From: Escherichia coli
Lineage (GTDB): Bacteria > Pseudomonadota > Gammaproteobacteria > Enterobacterales > Enterobacteriaceae
Direction: 5' to 3' (one strand)
Length of the DNA stretch: 64,000 nucleotides
Assembly (NCBI RefSeq): GCF_050920415.1
Contig: NZ_CP169309.1
Below the pieces are notes generated by a model. That model did no database searches and was not told where the DNA came from. It worked only from the letters and a program-made list of their open reading frames with translations. Positions 55,213 to 64,000 of the stretch are shown here, in pieces; the stretch's first letter is position 1; every line of letters begins with the position of its first letter. Both the position numbers and the translations under genes were made by a program.

Positions 55213-55866
55213 TTATCGCAGTTTGTTGTAATTTTCTGACCACTGCGCCATATCCAGAACAGAACTATCAGCAGGAACATCCTGGATATCGTGCGTTACC
55301 TGAACGACGGGGATCGCCATGGCGCGAATTTCGCTGAACACCCACTGGCGAAAATTATCGCGCAGAGCCACATCAAGACGGCTGAACGGCTCATCCAGGA
55401 GTAACGCTCTTGGCTGGGCGAGAAGGGCGCGTAGCAGAGCAACGCGCGCTCGCTGACCGCCAGACAAAGTGGCAGGATCCTGATGGAAAGCTCCGTCAAG
55501 GCCTGAACGCTCAAGTGCATCATTCACGGCATTACGTCGGGCATTCCCCTTAAGTGTCTCCGGTAGCGCCAGCAGTAAATTTTGCCCGACGCTGAACTGG
55601 TCAAATAACAGTGCATCCTGGAAAAGAATGCCAATCTGACGCTGTGCGGTGGGTTGCATGTCAATCCGTTGCTCATTGAGCCATAGCTCACCTGCACAAG
55701 AAAACTGTCCGGCCAGCGCACCAATCATCCATGAAAACAGTGTAGATTTTCCACAGCCAGACGGCCCCATTAACGTGACAATGTCACCTTTATCCACCGT
55801 AAAGTTAACGTTTGTCAGCAAGCGGCTTTCTGGTAAACGTAGCGAAACATTTTTCACGCAGAGCAT
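55213..55866 (-). CDS. ynjD: YnjD, ABC transporter ATP-binding protein (217 aa)
   Basis: Walker A GPSGCGKST. ABC signature LSGGQRARV. Walker B LLLDEP. Confidence 0.9.
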   Translation of the reverse strand: MLCVKNVSLRLPESRLLTNVNFTVDKGDIVTLMGPSGCGKSTLFSWMIGALAGQFSCAGELWLNEQRIDMQPTAQRQIGILFQDALLFDQFSVGQNLLLALPETLKGNARRNAVNDALERSGLDGAFHQDPATLSGGQRARVALLRALLAQPRALLLDEPFSRLDVALRDNFRQWVFSEIRAMAIPVVQVTHDIQDVPADSSVLDMAQWSENYNKLR

Positions 55867-57401
55867 TAGCGGAGTCCTTGTCTGACATAACCTACCCATT
55901 TTGCGACTAACGCGGTCAGGGCAAAAATAATAAGCGGCAACAGTAGTTGCCATAAAGCCTGGGCGGCGAGAATGCCGTTGCTGCCGCCGCTGCTTAATGC
56001 CACCGCTTCAGTGGTGAGCGTCGGAAAACGCCCCGCGCCCAGCCACAGAGTCGGCATATACTGCGCAATACTGACTGAAAATCCTACCGCGAAGGCAATC
56101 AGCGCAGGGCGCAACATGAGTGGGCATTTCACGTAAAAGAAGATTTTGGCCCGCGACCAGCCCAGTGTTTGCGCAATCAAAATTAACCGTGAATCAATGC
56201 GCTGCCAGGCGGGTTGCAGGATAAACAGCATCCACGGCATTACCCACAGCAGATGCCCCCAGACCACCGCTGTCCAGCTCCCATCTATGTTCAGCCATAG
56301 CGCCAGCATGTACTGGCCCGCCACCAGCGGCAGAGCGGGTAATAAAATGGGCAACCAGAGCCACAACTGGCGACGCTTTGCCCCCCATTCCAGCCACAGC
56401 AGTAACAGGACCAAAGCGATAAACGTCGCCACCAGCCCCATTGTCAGGCTGTTGATGAGCGCTTCACTATTGATCGTCGACTGATCCGCGAGGATCGCCA
56501 GCAGAACCACACACAGCACACCGGTTAAGGGTAAAAAACTCGCCAGTGTATTGCCGGGTAATAAAGGCGTGGCGGGCTTACGAACGCCATCTACGCGGGG
56601 AATGGTGCACTGCCAGGCGCGCCAAAGTAAATAGCCCAGCAAAACGTAGACGGCGAGTAACAGCATCAGCAGCAGGCTGGCGAGTGCGCCTTTCATCTGT
56701 TGATCGGCGTCGCCTTGGGTTAACCACTGCCAGCTAATTACCGCCAGCGTCGGTGGATTACCCGGCCCGAGAATAATTGCCACATCCACGACCGACAACG
56801 ACCATGCCACAATAGCCAGCATCGCCATTGCCAGTGCAGGCGCGACGGAGGGCAACAACAACCAGTTCAGACATTGCCAGCGGCTGTAGCCCAGCGAATC
56901 CAGTACAATAACCTGCTGCAACAGCCGTTTCTCGCTCAATACTGCCGCTAAGATCCACAGCAGAAATGCGCTTTCTTTCACCGCCAGGGTAAGGCCCAGC
57001 CCAATACCCAATTTATCCATCGGCGGAGTGAGAAAAGGAAAAACCTGATAAACCAGGCCACCTTCAGCAAACAGCAACAGGGCGCTGGTGGCAAAAGCCA
57101 CATGGGGAATGGCGAGCAGCCACGGCAGACGGGCGCACATACGCTGCCATTTCGGCCCAGGCCACAGCGCCATAATTACCAGCAGGGCAATCGTCAATGC
57201 GCCGAGCGCCGCGATGGTTGTTGACACCAGTGTTGCCAGTAAGGCCTGCGGTAGCTGCGGATCGGCAAATAACGCCTGCCAGTGTGCCAACGACAAAGCA
57301 GGCGATATCAGCGTGAGAGCTGCCGGGATCAGCGGTGCATAAATCACCGCCACCATCGCCCACAGCAACAAGATTAATGCGTACCGTAACGGTGTAGCCA
57401 T
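55866..57401 (-). CDS. ynjC: YnjC, ABC transporter permease with fused double TM domain (511 aa)
   Basis: Polytopic membrane protein. Its stop overlaps the ynjD start. Confidence 0.88.
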   Translation of the reverse strand: MATPLRYALILLLWAMVAVIYAPLIPAALTLISPALSLAHWQALFADPQLPQALLATLVSTTIAALGALTIALLVIMALWPGPKWQRMCARLPWLLAIPHVAFATSALLLFAEGGLVYQVFPFLTPPMDKLGIGLGLTLAVKESAFLLWILAAVLSEKRLLQQVIVLDSLGYSRWQCLNWLLLPSVAPALAMAMLAIVAWSLSVVDVAIILGPGNPPTLAVISWQWLTQGDADQQMKGALASLLLMLLLAVYVLLGYLLWRAWQCTIPRVDGVRKPATPLLPGNTLASFLPLTGVLCVVLLAILADQSTINSEALINSLTMGLVATFIALVLLLLWLEWGAKRRQLWLWLPILLPALPLVAGQYMLALWLNIDGSWTAVVWGHLLWVMPWMLFILQPAWQRIDSRLILIAQTLGWSRAKIFFYVKCPLMLRPALIAFAVGFSVSIAQYMPTLWLGAGRFPTLTTEAVALSSGGSNGILAAQALWQLLLPLIIFALTALVAKWVGYVRQGLR

Positions 57402-58540
57402 TCTTGTTCCAGCGCATTTACCCAACCTGCGTGCGGTTCAGCCAGTACCGGCGGCAGATCCTGCGGCATTCTTGATTGCAATATTTCATGCTGCCCGTCA
57501 GGCAGTTTTTGCGGATCGAGAACCGATGGATCGCCCCAGACAGCAGGGTCTGCTTTACGTAGCTGTGCATCAGGTGAGAGCAGGAAATTGGCAACCACCT
57601 TCGCCGCAGCACTGGCATTCGCGTTAGCAGGAATGGTGACAAAATGCACGTTGCCAATCATCCCCTCGTTAAAACCAAAACTGTAACTGCTTGCCGGCAA
57701 ATCGCCACTGGCGATTTTTTGCTGGGCATGTGCAGGATTAAAGGTCAGCGACAGGCGCAATGTGCCAGCTTTCAGCAGAGCATCCATCCGCGCGGGCGAA
57801 GGTGGGAAATCCTTTCCTTCGCGCCATAAATACGGATGCAGCGCATCAAGATATTGCCACAAGGGCGCAGTGATACGGGCGAAAGTCGCATCGTTCGGCG
57901 CTTCTTTTAATGCTGCGGGATCTGGCGTCAGCATAATCAGTAACTGTTCAAGAAATGCGGTGCCAGTAAAGTCTGGCGGGCGCGGATAGGTAACCGTGCC
58001 AGGATTGGCTGTAGCAAATTCCAGTAAGGCTTGCGGTGTTTGTGGTGGCTGTGGCGTAACATCGCGGCGGGCGATAAACGTCAGTTGAGCGCCGCCCCAC
58101 GGCGATTCTGCGCCTTCGACAGGTACAGAAAAATCTTCCCGTACCGGCAGTTGTGTATCGACATAACGCCAGTTTGGCAGAGTCTCAGCCCAGCCGGTTT
58201 GCAGTAAATTGGCCTCTTTTAAAGTGCGGAAGTTTTCGCCGTTCACCCAGAGCAGATCCACCGAACCGCCTGTCTCGCGCCCGGCTGCGGCTTCGGTCTG
58301 AATGCGCTTCACCGCGTCTGCGGCATCCGCCAGGCGGACAATCTTCAGGTTTATATCATAATGGGTTTTCATCTCGCCGCTAACCCAGTCGAGATAGCGG
58401 TTAATTGCGGTATCGCCGCCCCAGGCGTTAAACCAGACGGTTTGCCCTTTGGCCTCATTTTTAACTTCCTGCCAGTCACTGGCATGTGTTGCCAGAGAAA
58501 ACAGCGATAACAATCCCAGCAACCACCCACAATGGCGCAT
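57374..58540 (-). CDS. ynjB: YnjB, ABC transporter periplasmic substrate-binding protein (388 aa)
   Basis: Signal peptide LLSLFSLATHA. Overlaps the ynjC start by 28 bp. Confidence 0.88.
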   Translation of the reverse strand: MRHCGWLLGLLSLFSLATHASDWQEVKNEAKGQTVWFNAWGGDTAINRYLDWVSGEMKTHYDINLKIVRLADAADAVKRIQTEAAAGRETGGSVDLLWVNGENFRTLKEANLLQTGWAETLPNWRYVDTQLPVREDFSVPVEGAESPWGGAQLTFIARRDVTPQPPQTPQALLEFATANPGTVTYPRPPDFTGTAFLEQLLIMLTPDPAALKEAPNDATFARITAPLWQYLDALHPYLWREGKDFPPSPARMDALLKAGTLRLSLTFNPAHAQQKIASGDLPASSYSFGFNEGMIGNVHFVTIPANANASAAAKVVANFLLSPDAQLRKADPAVWGDPSVLDPQKLPDGQHEILQSRMPQDLPPVLAEPHAGWVNALEQEWLHRYGTH

Positions 58541-58549
58541 CATCTCTCC

Positions 58550-59098
58550 TTAAGAACGTTTTTCAGGAATACGGCACAGCCCCTGAGCGGGAATGTCCAT
58601 GGCAGAATTAAAACGGGCTGACAGATTTTGCAGGCCGATCAATGCCGTCAGTTCGGTGAGCGCCTGGGCGTCAAAATGCGCAGCCAGTCGGGTACGCAGG
58701 GCATCATCGACCGTTGGCGGCGTTACGCTGGCGGCTTCGGCGTACTCCAGCGCCAGCCGTTCTTCATCGCTAAAGAGCGGGCTTTGCCGCCAGTCAGCCA
58801 CTGCCAGCAACTTATCGGTGCTGCCGGTACGCTCGGCGACTTTCATACTGGTGATATCCACGCAAAACTCACACAGGCACATTTGCGCAATGCGCGCGCT
58901 GACAAGCGATCGCACTACCGGATCGAGCGGTGAGCGTTTACGCTCCAGCCAACCGACAAACATCGACACCAGATAAAAGATAAACGGGATCCGTCCCCAC
59001 CAGCGAATTGGACTTAGCACCTCGCCGTAATGGCGACGATGCAGCCACGCCTGCGGACGTAAACTTAAAGGAATTTTGCTAAGCGGTGGTAAACCCAT
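58550..59098 (-). CDS. ynjA: YnjA, carboxymuconolactone decarboxylase (AhpD-like) family protein (182 aa)
   Basis: 182 aa. Syntenic position upstream of ynjB. Confidence 0.85.
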   Translation of the reverse strand: MGLPPLSKIPLSLRPQAWLHRRHYGEVLSPIRWWGRIPFIFYLVSMFVGWLERKRSPLDPVVRSLVSARIAQMCLCEFCVDITSMKVAERTGSTDKLLAVADWRQSPLFSDEERLALEYAEAASVTPPTVDDALRTRLAAHFDAQALTELTALIGLQNLSARFNSAMDIPAQGLCRIPEKRS

Positions 59099-59802
59099 CA
59101 GGCATTCCTCTTCTGGCGTTCAAGCCATATTTTTTTCGCCATAAAAATCACCACGGTCAGGGCAAACAGAATAAACAGTCCGGTGACAAACCAGAAGGTA
59201 CCGCCCGTTAACATACTGCCCGCCCAGGAATAAACAATAGTCGCCGGTAACTGACCAAGCCCGGTGGCGATAAAAAACGAGCGAAAACGTATTGACGTCA
59301 AACCGGCAGCATAGCTGATTGGATCGAAAGGGACAAAAGGCAATAACCGGCATACCAGGATAGTGTGTTTGCCGTAGCGAGTGAAAAAGCCGTCCATACT
59401 GTCAAGCATGGTTTTACCGGTTAATTTTTCCACCACTTCGCGGCCCATTACTCTGGCGATAAAAAAGCATAGCGCCGCGCCCGCCATAGAACTGGTCCAC
59501 GACAGCAAGCCGCCCCAGAACGCGCCAAACAGCGACGCATTGGCAAAGGTGATCAAAAATGCAGGCAGCGGTGCAGCAATGGCCTGTAAGATCATTAAAA
59601 AGAATGAGACCAGTGCAGCCTGCGTGCCGTAAGACGCAATAAAGCGTTCAATGCCTTGTTGATCCACGGCGGCAAAGGCTACAAGGCTGCTGTTAATAAA
59701 CTCATAAACGCCGGGAATCAGCGCCCATGCGAGCAGCGCAACAATTAACAAGATGATAATGACGCCACGCCAGAGCCACATTTTACGGTTTTTATCTCTC
59801 AT
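59098..59802 (-). CDS. ydjZ: YdjZ, DedA/TVP38/TMEM64-family inner membrane protein (234 aa)
   Basis: MRDKNRKMWLWRGVIIILLIVALL... Its stop overlaps the ynjA start (ATGA). Confidence 0.85.
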   Translation of the reverse strand: MRDKNRKMWLWRGVIIILLIVALLAWALIPGVYEFINSSLVAFAAVDQQGIERFIASYGTQAALVSFFLMILQAIAAPLPAFLITFANASLFGAFWGGLLSWTSSMAGAALCFFIARVMGREVVEKLTGKTMLDSMDGFFTRYGKHTILVCRLLPFVPFDPISYAAGLTSIRFRSFFIATGLGQLPATIVYSWAGSMLTGGTFWFVTGLFILFALTVVIFMAKKIWLERQKRNA

Positions 59803-59805
59803 CTT

Positions 59806-60510
59806 TCATCTTTGTTGTTCGGTTAAAGAGGTTTTATCAGAAGTGGTCAGTGCCACTTGTTTGTAACGGGCGTAGCATTTAGCAAGCTGAATAAGAATAA
59901 ACAGTATTAGCCCTGCCAGACAAAGTTTGAAAATAAATGATAATGTTATGCCTTCAGTAACAAGGTCGCTGGCCATAAAAGTATAAATAAAGATCCCCGG
60001 CAGAGTCGTGAATGCCGAAATAAAGGTATATGGCCAAAAGGCAATGGCGGTTAATCCGTAGGCGTAATTTTGAATATTGTAAGGAAATAGCGGAATTAAG
60101 CGGGTAAGAATAAGAAAATCGATACCGTTACGTGCAATCCCTTTCTCAATAGACTGAAAGACGGTGGTATCCCCAACATATTTCAGCACCAGTTCTCGCC
60201 CCATCCAGCGAGCAATCAAAAAGGAAACCGACGAAGCGAGCGTTGCTGCAACTAACGAAAGCAGAGTCCCCAAGAATGGACCAAAAATAATGCCACTGCC
60301 AATGACCAGGACACTACCGGGCAGCAGCAGAAGAGTGGCAATAACAAATAACAGAATATAAAGGCTGTAACCGAAAATACCACTCTGGCGAATAAGTGCC
60401 TGCAAGTGAGGAAGATCGCTAATGAAATTGAATATGCCTGAAGCATAAACAAGATAAATTGCCAGAGCAAAAGTCAGACTACCAACAACGAACTTACACT
60501 CAGCTTTCAT
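59806..60510 (-). CDS. ydjX: YdjX, DedA/TVP38/TMEM64-family inner membrane protein (234 aa)
   Basis: Paralog of ydjZ (GxxxVxxRLIPLFPYNIQNYAYGLT core). Ends 3 bp before the ydjZ start. Confidence 0.85.
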   Translation of the reverse strand: MKAECKFVVGSLTFALAIYLVYASGIFNFISDLPHLQALIRQSGIFGYSLYILLFVIATLLLLPGSVLVIGSGIIFGPFLGTLLSLVAATLASSVSFLIARWMGRELVLKYVGDTTVFQSIEKGIARNGIDFLILTRLIPLFPYNIQNYAYGLTAIAFWPYTFISAFTTLPGIFIYTFMASDLVTEGITLSFIFKLCLAGLILFILIQLAKCYARYKQVALTTSDKTSLTEQQR

Positions 60511-60630
60511 CGTGGAGATTTCCTATATCAAGCCTTGATAATAGAGAAGTGAAAAACGCGATGACGGTATAACAAACCTAAGCTGGTCACAAATCCTTAC
60601 TGCCAGTTTCTTGATTATCCTCAAGAATCG

Positions 60631-60659
60631 GCCTCCTGACCTGGAGGATGTCAGGAGGC
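60631..60659 (-). terminator. Stem-loop downstream of xthA
   Basis: gcctcctgac-ctggaggat-gtcaggaggc, 10-bp arms. Weak U-tract. Confidence 0.45.
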
Positions 60660-60666
60660 TGCGTCA

Positions 60667-61473
60667 TTAGCGGCGGAAGGTCGCCCACACAGGCGCGTGA
60701 TCGGACGGTTTTTCCATGCTGCGGATTTCATAGTCGATGCCGGTTTCTACGCAACAGTCTGCCAGCGGTTGGCTGGCGAGCAGCAGGTCGATACGCAGAC
60801 CACGGTTATCGTCAAAACCTTTTGAGCGGTAATCAAACCATGAGAAACGATCTGCTGTTTCCGGATTCGCATGGCGGAAGGTATCCACCAGCCCCCAACT
60901 TATCAGCCTGTCCATCCATTCACGTTCTTCAGGCAGGAAAGAACATTTACCAGTACGCAGCCAGCGTTTGCGGTTCTCTTCGCCAATGCCGATATCCAGG
61001 TCGGTGGGGCTGATATTCATATCGCCCATAATCAGCACCGGATTTTCACGCTTGAGTTCGGTTTCCAAATAATTTTGCAGATTCTGATAAAACTGCGCCT
61101 TCGCCGGGAATTTTATCGGATGGTCGCGGCTTTCACCCTGCGGGAAGTAACCGTTGATCACGGTGACATTGCCCAGCGGCGAGGGGATTTCCGCCATAAT
61201 AATTCGCCGCTGCGCCTCTTCGCCGTCGTCAGGGAAGCCGCGACGCACGGCAATCGGCGTCTCTTTGGTCAGCAGCGCCACGCCATAATGGCCTTTCTGC
61301 CCGTGATAAAACACGTTGTAGCCGAGCTTCGCCACCTCTTCGAGCGGAAACATATCGTCATGAACTTTTGTCTCCTGCAGGCCAATCACATCCGGTTGGT
61401 GCTTTTCGACGATGGCTTCAAGCTGGTGAGGTCTGGCGCGCAGGCCGTTGATATTAAAAGAGACAAATTTCAT
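60667..61473 (-). CDS. xthA: Exodeoxyribonuclease III XthA (268 aa)
   Basis: [36 protein letters not shown]... Matches the XthA sequence as I recall it. Confidence 0.95.
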   Translation of the reverse strand: MKFVSFNINGLRARPHQLEAIVEKHQPDVIGLQETKVHDDMFPLEEVAKLGYNVFYHGQKGHYGVALLTKETPIAVRRGFPDDGEEAQRRIIMAEIPSPLGNVTVINGYFPQGESRDHPIKFPAKAQFYQNLQNYLETELKRENPVLIMGDMNISPTDLDIGIGEENRKRWLRTGKCSFLPEEREWMDRLISWGLVDTFRHANPETADRFSWFDYRSKGFDDNRGLRIDLLLASQPLADCCVETGIDYEIRSMEKPSDHAPVWATFRR

Positions 61474-61829
61474 AGTCGCTGCCATTTATTCAGATAAAGA
61501 GTGCGTGGATGGTAGCAGAATTTCGCTTTGCTTACCGCCTGTTGTTAAGTGATTTGATCGATGGTTGTTAATGATGTCAACGATGGCGCAAAAAATGCCC
61601 GCTTTTGGTGCGCGCTGCGTCAGAATGGCGCAGTAATTTCCAGTAAATTTCGTCAATGATCACAATTCCAGAATTATATTTTACTTCTGCATAACATTGC
61701 GTTTTTTATTCTTTTTATTCACCTGCATCGCAAACGTATTCACTTTATATGCACTTTAAATGCATATGGTTTGGTTATAACTCCTTGATTTCCAGTTAGC
61801 CACCGCGGTTTATGCACTTTTATCACTGG

Positions 61830-61846
61830 CTGGCACGAACCCTGCA
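61830..61846 (+). promoter_or_regulatory. σ54 (-24/-12) promoter of the astCADBE operon
   Basis: CTGGCACGAACCCTGCA fits TGGCAC-N5-TTGCA. It lies about 75 bp upstream of the astC ATG. An upstream AT-rich region has TGCA-containing half-sites consistent with NtrC/ArgR control of ast. Confidence 0.7.
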
Positions 61847-61882
61847 ATCTACATTTACAGCGCAAACATTACTTATTATTAA

Positions 61883-64000
<2,118 letters not shown>

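Noticed and set aside
59797-59814. 5-codon mini-ORF MKDER* starting at the ATG that overlaps the ydjX stop
   Set aside because: It is too short to evaluate. It is most likely a by-product of the AAGATGA tandem repeat at the ydjX/ydjZ junction, not a gene.

Overview
This window is ordinary Escherichia coli core chromosome, syntenic with the K-12 interval yoaH–astA (about 1.83–1.89 Mb) in reverse-complement orientation relative to K-12 numbering. Gene order: yoaH, yoaC, yoaB, yoaA, tsaB, yeaY, fadD, rnd, yeaXWV, dmlA/dmlR, leuE, yeaR-yoaG, yeaQ, yoaJ/yoaK, dgcP, yoaF, yeaO, yeaN, yeaM, yeaL, yoaI, yeaK, dgcJ, cdgI, yeaHG, mipA, yeaE, yeaD, gapA, msrB, yeaC, ydjLKJIHGFE, pncA, ansA, sppA, ydjA, selD, topB, gdhA, ynjH, nudG, ynjFEDCBA, ydjZ, ydjX, xthA, astC and astA. 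Gene density is high. There are no IS elements, prophage genes, CRISPR arrays, restriction-modification systems or obvious toxin-antitoxin pairs. Protein sequences match what I recall for E. coli, including a UUG start for fadD and rnd. Several details suggest this is not MG1655 itself. (1) An extra 240-aa SIMPL/DUF541 (YggE-like) putative lipoprotein gene sits between ansA and sppA, and I do not recall a gene there in K-12. (2) ydjX and ydjZ are directly adjacent, 3 bp apart, with no ydjY between them. (3) ynjI is absent between topB and gdhA, with a REP element in its place. (4) topB appears to be 2 codons shorter than the 653 aa I remember for K-12. Recognisable regulatory sites are the two FadR operators upstream of fadD, a near-consensus NsrR operator upstream of yeaR-yoaG, a σ54 promoter upstream of astC, and many intrinsic terminators. 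The likeliest candidate for something new is the SIMPL-domain gene. It could equally be a known lineage-specific accessory gene. The rest of the window looks well-characterised.
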